A program made the translations under genes and the position numbers. Positions 16,001-28,848 of a stretch of 57,915 bases of DNA are shown here, in pieces; the stretch's first letter is position 1; each line of letters starts with the position of its first letter. This DNA is from Fimicolochytrium jonesii (lineage: Eukaryota). The stretch spans positions 558,001 to 615,915 of the forward strand of contig NW_026515684.1 of NCBI RefSeq assembly GCF_025526975.1, read 5' to 3'. Under the pieces are notes generated by a model, which worked only from the letters and a program-made list of their open reading frames with translations, searched no databases and was not told the origin of the DNA.

Positions 16001-16606
16001 GCCAGCTTGACCTGCTCCGCGATCGACTGCCCTCTACACGACTTGTTCTTGCCTCCCTTCAACGCCGTCGCGAGTGTCGCGTCCGCGATGGTGTTATACG
16101 CCGCCGCACCTACAAGGCCGTCGACATCGGATATATGCGGGAGGATACCGCGTAGCTGCTTGGTAGCAGGGAGGTTCCCGTCGTTACAGAAGACGGGCCG
16201 GCCGGCGCCGTTGGCTGGGTTGAAGTTCTGTTCGGCGTTGACGAGCTTCATGGCTGCGAAGAGGGGTGCTTGGTCGGCGGGGTTGGAGCGGGGCGCGGCG
16301 ACGATTTGGTCGGCGAGGCGGAGCTTGGCGCAAGGGTCGGCGGCGCCGAGGAGGGTGCTGGGGACGGTGCCGGAGAGGGTGCCTGAGAGGCCTGGTTGGG
16401 CAAAGTTCAGCTGTGGTGAAAAAGCATCGTTAGCATCAGATTGGGACATCACTACGGAATGTGATGTTCAGCGCAATACATACCCCGCTAATCTCACCCT
16501 GCACCGCGGGGTTCTGCTGTCCGAACCTTCGCGCGCTGAGCGTCGGCAGAGCAAGGCTCTGACCCGCCAGCGAGGAGAGTAGCAGTGATGCTAGAACCGC
16601 CTTCAT
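13094..16606 (-). CDS. Secreted Cys-rich repeat protein (about 1,100 aa): signal peptide, N-terminal domain, five copies of a ~115-aa 4-Cys domain, Q/T-, GGNNNQ- and E/T/A-rich linkers; 2 introns
   Basis: Exon 1 at 16606 reads MKAVLASLLLSSLAGQSLALPTLSARRFGQQNP; repeated LGSC..ERAQEVRFIP.GFQKD.IFG.QGSALNPAIIANFICDRLNDQCKA..AC..ADTFN. Confidence 0.8.
15121..15341 (-). repeat. 18-bp coding tandem repeat encoding (QGGNNN)n, about 12 copies
   Basis: Repeated CCTTGGTTGTTGTTTCCR on the + strand. Confidence 0.95.
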
Positions 16607-18692
16607 GATGGAGTGAAGGTGGTATGAACTTGATGAATTGCTTTGGTGATGATGGTGATGACGAGGAAAGTTTGAGGGGACAGCCTAGGGTGGCGCCCTT
16701 TTATGCGTATGTTGTGAGAGAGAATGGCTCCGGCGGAGGAGAGTCGAGCGATTACGCCGTCGTGGAAATCAATGGGGTAATGGAGCATGGAAGTGAGTGT
16801 TCGTACTAAATGACGGGCTAACCCTTCCCCTCATCGCTAAAGCCGAAACGCGTTTTGCGAGAGACAACGCGCCTCCCTCCCTCTTTCCTCACACACACAC
16901 ACACACCCGCACACTGGGACTTTGCGGATGAAGCCTCCCTCCCACATCCCATACGGCGATGGCGGTATTGTTACCACACTATACGAACTCTTTGGACATC
17001 GTACAATGACGCCCAATGACCGAGGGTACAGTATACGATCAATCACTCCCTCCCGGTGGAAATCCGTCGGCCACAGGTCACATCAATGGGCATGTTCTCT
17101 CTCAGGCGTGAATGGACAATGCGGATTGGAGCAACCGGCGTCACAGGAGGGTTGAACATATATGCGCCGCACAAATCATTTGCCACCCGTTTCGCATTGT
17201 CTTGGCCGTGGATTTGCTGCTCGACCCAGGTGTGCGTTTCCGCCGCACGCTGAAACACGGGGGCAGAAATGTAACTGTCAGAACTGACATCTCCGACCAT
17301 TTGGACAGCGCGACGAGGCGACATTGATTTGTGGCATGCTGTCAGTGGATAAACGGGCCCGATGGAACGGTGTTTAATCGATTTCATTTGTGCATCGACC
17401 ACGTGACTCGCTTTGTACAAGTAGCGGCGGCAACGCGCTACGAAGTCTTTTCTGACGGCTTCCAAGAGGGCCATCACCTATTAGGACCCGCTTATCAACA
17501 TCCCCAACTTGAAGCGATATTCCTTGAGCGTACCCGTTCATCAAAAATCTTTAGTGAAATACCAAACCTGCTTGTTTTTGTTGTTTCCTCAGTCGCGACG
17601 GGCTCGCCGTGGAGAAAGTAACGTCTTGGAGACAGCTGGGCGTTGGCGAGGCTGCATGGTGTTATAGCAATCTACCAGATGATGGTAGAGCGCAGAGAAA
17701 CGGGATCGAGCTGTCCAAGTCCGCGTTCTACGGCTGGACATGGTGTATTTCCCGACGAGCAGATGCGCGCGGTGGCACCCAACGTATGGCGCAACCGCTG
17801 TTCAAATCAACCAATTTGAACGAACGACATCTGGAAAAGTCCGACCTCGACCGCTGGTGGAGACTCGAGAGGGATACCTTATCCATGATGTAACAAAAGC
17901 GAAGAGAGCGGGATTGAGCTGACCCAAACCCTAAAAAAACGTGGGATTATGGGCGATCGACTGCCATTGTCCATGGATGCGGGCATAAAATATCTTTGCG
18001 CAAAGGATTTGCGGCTCGTGTACTGTACATGTACATGTTACAGGCTGCATGCATACCGTCTCGTGATGAAACCTGTCCAAATCTCTTCTAATCCCCAGCA
18101 GCGACCACAGCTTGTCGATCTTGGCACTCATATAGAGAGGTCTACGTCATCGTCTGTCCATGCCTGTCCATTGCTTGACGTCTCAAACAAGAAAGAACAC
18201 TGGTATTTGTACCCGTAGACAGAGTTCCAGTCAGAACTCACCGTCCTCCCCCGCACCGAGTTCCCAGCAACACCAGCCACTGAAATAAAATTTGAGAGCC
18301 AAGATTCTGCGCTTGCCTATATCATCAATCACCAATAGCGAAAAAGCTGATGGATCCTTCCTAGGATCTGGAATTGAATAAATAATTGATCCTCGTTTTG
18401 TTGGACAGAGCACGTTCATCAGTGTGTGAAAACTCTAAATGGGAGCTAATCATTTTTGATTGAAGGGCTGTGCGAACGGGTGTGCGGTTTGACTTAAGTT
18501 CATTACGGAGTTATGTTCCTGATGGGTTGGGGGTGAAAGATTATTGGGTCCGTCTTGTGATGAGGAGGAGGGAGGAGCCTTTATGAGGATCCTAATCATT
18601 TTGGGGGGTTGAAGTTGATGCCGCTTTCCGCCGCCGTGACTGTACTGTGCTGCTGCTGCTGAGCCTTTTGCTTTGCTTTGCTTTGGCGGCGC

Positions 18693-18728
18693 GCCCCCCC
18701 GCCCCCCCCCCCCCCCCCCCCCCCCCCT
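18693..18728. repeat. Poly-C run upstream of the chitin synthase gene
   Basis: About 35 C with a single G interruption. Confidence 0.9.
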
Positions 18729-19659
18729 GTCGTGTTTCGCTTACCCTGTTCTGTTCTGTGGGTTTGCTTGCTCATCATTTTCATTCCGAACGGCATTATC
18801 ACGGCCTTCTCAGTCCGTCATCAAGGGTTACCCGCTGACCGCCCTTTTCCCCTCGTCCCTTTGCTTACTACCGCTCAGACCACCAACAACAACCCACCGT
18901 CAACATCCTTCAACAGACAAACAAGAGATCACTCGCTCAGCACAGAGGAAACTTCACTTACGGGCTGGGCTGTTGGAGAGAGGCCGGGTCATCACTTTGT
19001 CAGCAGGGCTTTAGAACATTCGCGCCAGCCCCATAGAGAGACGTGCATTTTCCCACGGAAACTTGCACCTTCGTTCTTATACAACATAGACCTGACGCCC
19101 CGCCCCGCCTGCCCGCCTGAGTATATATTAGTAGGGGCGTTGTGCAGCTGTCAGTGGCTTCGAATCTGTCACTTCCCAGGTAAACGGAGTGGAGTCTTGC
19201 TTTTGTTTGCCTTCCCGCGCGAATGGAGGAATTGCCCCTTTCGCTTTTGGGTTGGCACAGCTAGGACAGTTTGTTGACAGTTCGTCTTCCTCTTTCTGTC
19301 ATCCGCTTGCAGCTGGTTTGGTGTGGCTTGACGGCTTATAGAGTGTATATACTCCCTCCGGTAAAAGTTCGGTTGAACACACCTTTGTCCCCACCAAGTG
19401 GAAGACGGACCTCACCTGTAAGTGCCGCTGCTTGTGGGTTCTTTGCGCCGGAGTAGAGTAGGTTGGTGTCACTTGTCAAGGGGGACGTCATAACTGAAGG
19501 TCGTCCGCAACTGCAGGAAACTTGCAAACACAAATTCTCCAGCACATGCACCACCCAATTAGCGCTGCATCAAAAACAGTCTAGACTTCCTCCCTCTGTT
19601 CGATGCTCGGAACCCTCGACCGAAAACCACTTCCAGATACCGACGGCGACGCTCTACTG

Positions 19660-22600
19660 ATGGAGACCGGTAGCCAAGCGGCCTCGGAGGCCTCCTCTGT
19701 TCCGGAGGGGCGTGCTCCCCACCCGGCATCCTACGCCATCTCTCCGTTCGAAACACCGACATCTCACTACTCGTTTGACAGGCGGCCGGACAATGTCAGG
19801 GTGGGGAACAGGCCAGCTGCGTCCGGTCGACCGCCCGTCGAGGATCATTCGCATATCTTTCCGGCCCGGCACAAGTTTGAGATTGAGAATGGGAACCTTG
19901 TGCGTAGACAGACGGGAGGTGGTGGGTTGGGGCGGAAGAACACCCTGTCCAAGCCCGAGCGTTCGAGGAGTACGCGACGAGCGCTGATGCGTCGCCCCTC
20001 CGCCGCGCCGCCAGCAGCTCGTGCGGGCGCCACCTCCGTCGCACGACCCGAACCGTCACCACTCGGAAAACAGAAGAAGGAGGAGGATCCGAACGAAGAT
20101 AGCCAAATATGGCCCTGGTCGGCGCGGATCCTGACATGCTGTTGCTTGCCTTTCTGCTTGACGGCGTTGGGAAAGAGAGACAGAGCGGTGCAGCAGGCGT
20201 GGCGTGAGAAGGTCGCGTTGTGCATGATCATCCTCGTGCTGTGTCTGGCGGTCGTGTTTTTGACGGTGGGACTCCGGCGGGTGCTGTGCCCGGATACGAA
20301 CGATGGCCTCCTCTCGCCCATGTTCAGCGCGACGCCGTCGCACGACTACTTACCCGCAGACGTGAAGGACGTCGTGGTCGGCGGTTACTCGTACGACTTT
20401 GAAGAAGTAAAGAAAAATCTCGGAGCGAACGGCTTTATTTTGACCGACGACTTCAAGGGCAAAGATATCACCAAGCTCTTTGGCGTCGCGCAAAATGACG
20501 CCAATTGCCAGGCCGTCATTCCGGCTACCGGGACCTGTGCAGCCCCTGAAGTGGCGTCTATCACGCGTCCTGCTCCTGGGCAGTGCGCTCGGATTGGGTG
20601 GGTCACTGGAATCAGCAATAGGGCCAGGCGGTACATGGAATGGACGGATTTGAATCATACAAAGCAGACCCCTAACGTCTTCACAGTGTTCAATGGAGGT
20701 AAGGATCCCGGTTCCAGTCTGTGTGCTCGGTGGTCGGATTGCAGATTCGTTGAACTAAGCACAATTGCAAACTCCGTTTCACACAGTCATAGTAAATATC
20801 ACGGAGTTTTTGAGCGGGGGCGTCTCACGAACAGGGCCATATGCTTTCCTAGCGGACAGCATCGGCAGGGACGGCACGTACCACTTCATGCGCAAGGATG
20901 AAAACCGCAAAGCCATGAACTGCCTTCGCGCGGCCTACCACGTCGGCTACATCGGCGTCGAGCGCAACGGCTGTATCGCCGCCCAAGTCATCGAGACCAT
21001 CACCCTGGTCGTCATCTCGGGCGTCGTGCTCTCCAAATTCTTCATGGCTGTCTGGTTCCACTGGTTTGGTCTGCCCAAACTCAAGCCCACCAACTCGATG
21101 CTGAGCAACGACAACAAGAGCAAACGGCTCTCCCGCGCCAGCGCCCGCTACTCGATCGCCATGAACAACCGCCACTCTGTCATTGGGTCGTATACCCCCT
21201 ATCAGAGCCAGGACCTGTATACCATCATGCTCGTGACGTGTTACTCTGAAGGGCATGATGGAATACGCGGGACGCTGGACTCGTTGGCGGGCACCGAGTA
21301 CCCGGACAGCAGGAAATTGCTGTTCGTGATTGCGGATGGGATGATTACGGGGTCTGGGGAGGAAAAGTCGACGCCGGATATTATTTTGGGGATGATGCAG
21401 TTTGATCCGGGGATGACGGAGCCGGAGCCGAGGAGTTATATTGCGATTGCGGACGGGGAGAAGCAGCATAATATGGCTAAAGTGGTATGTACAAAGTACT
21501 GAACGGTGGCTCAAGGTCGATGGAACAGTGAACTCATCTTATCTCCCTCTAGTATGCTGGATACTACATTGTAGGCAGCCGTCGGGTCCCCATGGTGACT
21601 GTCGTGAAGTGCGGCACCCCGGCCGAAGCGAGCGCCGCCAAGCCCGGAAACCGCGGCAAGCGCGATTCCCAAATGGTCATCATGAACTTCCTCAGCCGCA
21701 CGCTCTTCAATGACCGCATGACCGCGCTCGACTACGAGATCTTCACGGCCATGAACAGCGTCGCCACCACCGCCGACAAATACGAAGTTATCCTCATGGT
21801 CGACGCAGACACAAAAGTCGCACCCGACTCGCTCAAACACATGGTCAACGTCATGAAAACGGACGTGAATGTCATGGGACTCTGTGGGGAGACCCGCATC
21901 GCCAACAAAACGGCCAGTCTGACATCCGCCATCCAGGTGTTTGAGTACTACATCTCCCACCATCTCGGCAAGGCGTTCGAGTCGGTGTTTGGAGGCGTTA
22001 CCTGCCTCCCTGGCTGTTTCTGCATGTACCGCATCAAAGCGCCCAAGGGAGAGAACGGGATCACCGTGCCCATCCTCACCAACCCGGACATCGTCGAGGA
22101 GTACAGTGAGAATATCGTCGAAACCCTTCACAAGAAGAATCTCTTGCTACTGGGCGAAGACCGGTTCTTGACGACGCTGATGTTGAGGAACTTCCCGCAC
22201 CGCAAGATGATATTCGTACCCCAGGCGGTGTGCTGGACGATGGTGCCGGACCAGTTCAAGGTGTTGCTGAGTCAGCGGAGACGGTGGATCAATAGTACGG
22301 TGCATAATTTGCTGGAATTGGTGCTTGTGAGGGATCTGTGTGGGACATTCTGTTTTAGTATGCAGTTCGTCGTCTTGGTAAGCAACCATGTATCATTTTT
22401 CCCTCTCTCAACCACCCCGCAATCATTAACCAACTCCATGTCCCCCACAGCTCGAACTCATCGGCACAGTCGTTCTCCCCGCCGCCATCTGCCTCACCCT
22501 CTACCTAATCCTCTCCGCGGCCATCAACCACAATGCGGAATTAGTCCCCTTCCTCATGCTCGCAGCGATCCTGGGCCTCCCCGGCTTTTTGATTGTGATT

Positions 22601-23760
22601 ACTACCAGGAAGATGATCTATGTGTTGTGGATGATGGTGTATTTGGTGTCGCTGCCGATTTGGAATTTTGTGCTGCCGGTTTATGCTTATTGGCATTGTA
22701 AGTTTTTTTTGTGGGGTTTTGGGGGGTGGGGTTGGGAGATGGGGATGCTGATTTTTCTCCTTTGCGTAGTTGATGATTTTTCATGGGGTGAGACCAGGAA
22801 GGTTGAGGGCGAGACGAGGGAGGAGGCGCATGGAGGGAAGATTGGGCAGTTTGAGTCGAGGGCTGTTGCTATGAAGAAGTAGGTTTTCTGTCTTCGACTT
22901 TTCTGGGGAAGGTGCAGTGCTGACTGTCATTCTTGCATTACAGATGGGTCGAGTGGGAAAAAGAAAAACAAAGCGCCGGACAAAGTGCTCCCGAAAAGGA
23001 ACGTGAAAAGAGCCGCCGCTTCTCCGCCTGGGGCGGTCGCCCGCCATCCGCATACGGTGGCGTCTACGGCGTCAAACCCCAAGGCTCCCAATCCCAACTC
23101 CAACTCAACAACGTCCGTGGCCGGTCCACCGACGTCGTCGCAGGTGCTAACAGCGGAAGCAGCACAAGCTCCCTGACCCTCACGAACAACCCCCGCTCCC
23201 AAACCGCGCCCATCCCCAACAACAACTCCGGGATGATGACCGATAGCAACAACATGCAATTCTCCCCCCCACCACGCAACCGCTCCTCAATCATCTACCC
23301 CCCGGGGAATCCCACCCACGCCCATTTCTCCGAACACCCGCCCATGCCCAATTTCCCGTCCTCCGGCCGCAATCCCAATCTCCTCCCCCCACCGCCGCTG
23401 ATGATGGGCGGCCTCAACTCACCCAACGCTGGGGCGATTCATACAAGTCCGGTATCATACCACCACCACTCGCCCACGTCCCCTGTGGGTGGACAGTACC
23501 CGCCTGGACCTGCACCTGCCGCGGGACCGTACGCGGCGGTACCGGACCAGGACGGGGGTTATGCGTCGGCGTTGTATGGGCAGCCGGCCCAACAGCAACC
23601 CATCCACCCGCCGGTTCCGAGACCAAGACCGAGGTCGACGTATGAGTTGATTGCGAGGGGACAGGAGAATGTATGGAGTCCGACGAATAACTCGACGACG
23701 GGCTTTGATGGTGCGAGCTCGTCGGGAGCAAGCCAAGGGAGGGGCGGGAAGAGGAAGTGA
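19660..23760 (+). CDS. Chitin synthase, division 2 / class IV-like (Chs3-type); 5 introns
   Basis: [87 protein letters not shown]; no myosin motor domain. Confidence 0.95.
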
Positions 23761-24538
23761 ACTGAACTGAGCTGAAGGCTGTGAAAAGCGGTTCTGTTTC
23801 GGTTTTCCTCTCTGCGACGACGGTTGTTTTGGTCCTCCCCGGCCGTTCTTTCTTTCGATGCGGCGACTGGACCCGGACCCCCCATTCTTTTCAACTTTTC
23901 TCTCTCTCCGGGTTTTGGTCTTCGAATCCCCCCCCCTTTGTGCCGTAGGTTTCGCCCCACCTACTCTCATGGCCAAATAACCACAGCACCAACACCGATA
24001 CGGCGTATGCGGCTTCCCTCCATCGTCACCCCATCTTTACCAAAACGACCTCGTCCCTTCCTTCACACCTTATAGATATAACTACCCCATTCTTTGTTCC
24101 GCTCTGTGATATACATCCCTCCCTCTCTTTGTTGTTCTAATTACCGTTCTCCTGGTTGACCTTTTTTTTCCTTACACTTGTACGTTTTTTCTTGAATGTT
24201 GTGTGAAGAATGGATGTATACTACGTACTGTTCTCCTCTTCGATGGGCGTGGTGGTATGCGGGTGCTGTGTGAAGTTTTTGGGAAAGATGGTTGCGAAAA
24301 TTTCCGTTGGCCAGATTTTTTTCGCCAAGTTGGGGGATGTGTGTTTGCCTTTTGGGATTTCCTTTATGTATTTTGAGATGAGACCAGACCAAAATGAAAG
24401 ATAGGCTACGCTATGTGATGACGTGACGATACGCAAAACACTGCCCTAATAAGTTTCCAGGAGCCCATCTGGCAAACGCTACAGTAGCATGAGAAAGAAA
24501 GACGACCCTCCGAACGAATCCGAATCGCATCGAATTGA

Positions 24539-25414
24539 TCACCGCCAAACATACGCCCCCTGCGTAAACCCCCACGCCTCCCACCTCAACACCCTCTCTC
24601 CCTTTGAGTCCCCACCGGCGCCCGCACACACAACCGCAGGCATGAAATGCTCGGCGCCACCGACGGGATGCGCGTCCCGGGCGCCGTCCCACTGTTCCCA
24701 CGCGCTGAACGCGCGCCCGCGTTCCGCAGCGTCCGCGATGCCGACCGAGGCTTCTAACGCGGTGTCGAACGGGGCGTTGGGTGGTTGTGAGTTCGCTGGG
24801 GGTGCGCGGAAACGGAACGCGCGCATGTTGTGGAACGACATGCCAGACCCGACGACGGCGTAGCCTTCTTTTCGCAACGTGCCCAAGGCCTGGCCGAGCC
24901 TATAGTGTTCGTCCGCGGACTGGGAAGCGAGGACGCCGACGACGACGATGGGGATGTCGCGGAGTTGGCGGGATTCGGGGGTGTCGCCGTCGCCGAGGAG
25001 GAGTTTGAGCGGGACAAAGACGCCGTGGTCCCAGCCGCGTTGCGCGTCTGTTTGGGTTTGGATACCTGCGGTGGAGAGGGCGGCGATCACTCGTGCTGCT
25101 GCGTGCTTGTCGCCCCGCGCGTCGAACTTGACGTTGTATGTCTCTGGTGGGAAGCCGCCGTAATCGTACAGGAGGTGATGGGGCCCGTGGGCGGTTGAGA
25201 TGTGGACGACGGGGGATTCCCAGTGGGCGGTGATGACGATGAGGGCTTTGGGGGCGGTTGGGGTGAGGAGGAGGGTGCGGGCCTGGGTTGTGAGGAAGGT
25301 GTTGAGAGGGATGTGGGCGGGGTCGTTGAGGAGAGGCATGGGGCCGCCGCCGTGAGGGAGGAAGAGGGAGGGCGCTAGGGGGACTGACGTGGTAGAGGTC
25401 GGTGGGGAGGTCAT
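24539..25414 (-). CDS. LigB-family extradiol ring-cleavage dioxygenase (DOPA 4,5-dioxygenase-like), intronless
   Basis: FLPHGGGPMP, TAHWE, LLYDYGGFP, RGWDHGVFVPL, GSGMSFHN, AHP..EHFMP. Confidence 0.92.
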   Translation of the reverse strand: MTSPPTSTTSVPLAPSLFLPHGGGPMPLLNDPAHIPLNTFLTTQARTLLLTPTAPKALIVITAHWESPVVHISTAHGPHHLLYDYGGFPPETYNVKFDARGDKHAAARVIAALSTAGIQTQTDAQRGWDHGVFVPLKLLLGDGDTPESRQLRDIPIVVVGVLASQSADEHYRLGQALGTLRKEGYAVVGSGMSFHNMRAFRFRAPPANSQPPNAPFDTALEASVGIADAAERGRAFSAWEQWDGARDAHPVGGAEHFMPAVVCAGAGGDSKGERVLRWEAWGFTQGAYVWR

Positions 25415-28400
25415 TGCCGTCGAGAAGGATCCGAGTCCTGGAGAGGAGGAGGTCGAGGATGGAGTGAGACGGCCGAGAATGGGAGAGCGGAGGAGGGGAA
25501 GGAGAATGGCCAGGTGCTTCAGGTGGCGGAAGATGGGTATGGTTGCGATTGTACTTGTCGCGAGAGGGAGATGACTGAGGTGCGAGGTGTGAGATGGAAC
25601 GGAGGTGTTGCAATCCCGTCAGCTTCGGTCGTCCGTCTCTCAGATTCAGCGGTTGATAGGGGGGAGGGCTCTCCAGTTGCTCGCCACGTCCTTTTATAAG
25701 TGCCGGGAGCTAGTATGTACTGTTGTATGTGGTGGAGTGCGTGCAAGACGGGTTTGTCATTGCTGGAGTCCGCGTGTTGGGCGATGCATTTCTCATTGGC
25801 GACTCTGCGAGACTACGCGACGGAGTTCCGGAGGCAGGCGTTGCGACTCCGCCGCCCGGGGAACTCCAAATGGGCGAGAGACCGACCACTGGGTTCTGGT
25901 ATCGTTCCTGTCAATGCCGAGGGACACAGAACGCACTTCCCTCCTCTTCAAACAACCAACCTTACACATCGGCTGGTTGGGGATCTTCATTTATCATTTG
26001 GACCACCATATCTGCGAGACGCAATCAAACACCGAAATGTCCCGTTGCTCGAATGTTTGACAGCCCCGAAACTCAGGCGGTAGCTACCAGATCTCGCCTA
26101 CCTGGCGACGCCAGCAACATCCTTAAAGTGGTAAACGGAAAGCGGAGCGCCAACATAGCACATACTGTGCCCGTTTTGGGGTCAGGGATTTGATGAAGTC
26201 GGATTGGGGAAGCGGAAGCTTGTGCCGCACTTTCCGACGTTTGTTATCGATGGAGGCCAAAACGAAGCGGGAGAACAAGAAGAGCATACCGAGGATGCGA
26301 ACGAGAAACAGCATGTCACTTCATGGATGGGCACAAACGCAATTGCACGATGCGGCAGATGAATTCGCGTTGGGAGCGGGGCAACGTAGTCAGGTCCCAT
26401 ACAGCTTGGTCGTACTGGAACGGACAGGCTGTATGGTACCTGACTGCATTCTGCTTCAAGCCGCCGCGACTTGGCTGATCAGCAAATGTGGAAACGTTTG
26501 GAGTGGTGCTTTCTTACAACTTCATCATAACCCCACGGTGAGGGGGGGATGAGAACCCGCGAGCGAAGCTAGCTACCTCAAAGACATTGACTGACAATGC
26601 GGTGGACGAGCGAGGCTCACGGGCGAAGACGGGTATTCCGACTCGGGGCATACTGCGACTGCCAAGTTGGTCATCAGACGAAGTGTCCTCGGGACTCAGC
26701 TCTCGGTCGAGCAGATCGTGGCTACTGCGACTGAGAGGATGAAGTTCACCACGTCCTCCCTCCGCCGGATCTTATCAGCTACCGTAGGTGGACCTCGGCC
26801 GTACGACCGCTCCCGAGAATTTCTTCTCACTTTGGAAGTGGTTATCGCCTTCGGAAAGTGATATCTCTGCACGGTTGGAGGCTTTCATACACAGCGTAGC
26901 CGCACAGCTGCAGGCAAAAGGTTCCGAAAAGGACATTGTGAAGGAGAGGGAGCGGGAGAGGGAGAGGGAGGAGTGGATGACCACCGCAGCGGAGGTGAAC
27001 ACGGGGCGCAGACAGCTGGGGCGCAAACACACCCTGGACAACACGGCGTCAAATCCATACCACAATCTGTGGGCGGTTGGCGGAGCGGAAGGAGGGCGTG
27101 GGTGCTGCTGCGGCGGAGGAGCTTTTGAAGTGGGCAGGGCAAAACACATGGATCAAGTGTAAGACACGAAGAGCCGATGGCAGGCTACGGCAATGTCTGC
27201 AAGGCCACGTTCGTCGGCTGCTTCCAGAACCTCTACCACTCATTCGAGGCGGACATCGTGTCCGACCTCATCAATGCACTTGATGACAAAAACTGAGCGC
27301 GAACAAAATGCGAGATATCGTGAAACATCAACCCCACCAACCTTCCGCCCACTTGCCCTAATCACCACGACACATTGGGTGTATTGCATTCTGTCTCACG
27401 ACAGATTATATGCACTCGAACTCAGGAAACCACCCACGTGTCCCCACCGCACACCCACCGGACAAATGCCCAAGCGCAAGAACACACACAAAGCGCACAA
27501 GGACGGTGTGGAGCCACCACGTCCGCTGCCTGGAGGACGGGCATTGTCGGTGGCGTTGAGACATCCCGTGCAGCTTGCAATAAGTGTGGGCGTGCAAAAG
27601 CCTATCTCGACGCCATCGCAACCATCCCTGGCAAACCCGTGGTCCCTCCCAACACTATCCCCGCACCCATCCCAGCCCCCACACCCCTCACTCTCCACCT
27701 CCCGGCCCGCCCGATGACCATCCCAACCCCCGTCACCGCAGCCCAACCCACTGTCTCCGCCGCCGCTGCCCCCGTCTCCGTGCCCCACCCCCTCGCAATC
27801 TCCAGCCTCCTCAACCCCGCCCCTATCCCCAACCCCCTCCCAATCTCCGCCCTCCCCAACCCTGCCCCCATCCCCACCCGCTCCACCCGCGCCGCCGCCA
27901 TCGCGGGTGTAGCAGCAGCAGCAGCAGCAGCAGCAAGCTCACTCCCACACCCGGCGACGAGGAGGAGGAGGGTTCTGATGCCGCCGAAATCGCCCAGGAG
28001 GAGCTGGCGGCACTGGAGGAGGAGGATGCACACTGGCGGGCGTTCGGCAAGGTGGTCAAGGGGACGTGCAGTTTGAGCGCATGTCAGGCAATGAGCGCTC
28101 ACACCGCACCACTCTTTGACGCTCATCGAGCGCGCCTCGCCGCCGTGAAATAGAAAGCGGAGACGGTGCAGGCCTTTACACCAGCAGACGATGACGCCAA
28201 GGATGATGATGATGAGTATACGTCGATGGAATCCCTCCCAGACTCGGAGCCCGTGTTACGGACCTACGGATCTACATCCGGTGGCGACGAGACAGCGGGC
28301 TCCGAGTTGTGCGAGGAGGAGGAATATGCATTTTCGTGAGGGTGAGTTCATCAATGTCTCCGAGACAAACTGTCTCCGCCATCTCCACTGCTCCTGACAC

Positions 28401-28848
28401 ACGCTCTCTCGTAGGAGGGAAGTTTCAGCAGCACACAGAACACGGGCATTTGATTACCAGACAATGAACTGCTTTCGTAAACGCCGACCACGGGCGGTCA
28501 TGATACTCGTCCAGATACTCCTCCAACGTTCCCAGTGGCATATTGCTTGTTGATGAGTGGCGATCGTGCCAAGATTTCGGTGGTGATCGTGCCAGATGAC
28601 AATTGTTGCCGGCAACAATACACAGTCGCGTCTCGGACAAGCTAGACAACTCGCTCAACTCGCTCAACCGTTTCTTCCTCCTTCCGCAACCCGTCACTGC
28701 GAGACATCAAGGTTGCATCCCCCAACCCTACACACATGCAAGACCTCCGCCAGCTACAGCAGCCTCCTCTAGGGCCTTCACTTTGGCTCCCCGCTCTCCG
28801 TTTCGTGTCTGAGTTACTCTGGACTTGCGATTACTACTGACAATATGC

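Noticed and set aside
17043..17477. 144-aa minus-strand ORF in the intergenic region
   Set aside because: No recognisable motif or splice model; not called as a gene
27800..27880. Similarity to the Fanzor intron repeat (LLNP.P.PIP-like sequence at 32577-32625)
   Set aside because: Short, C-rich and low complexity; homology cannot be supported by eye
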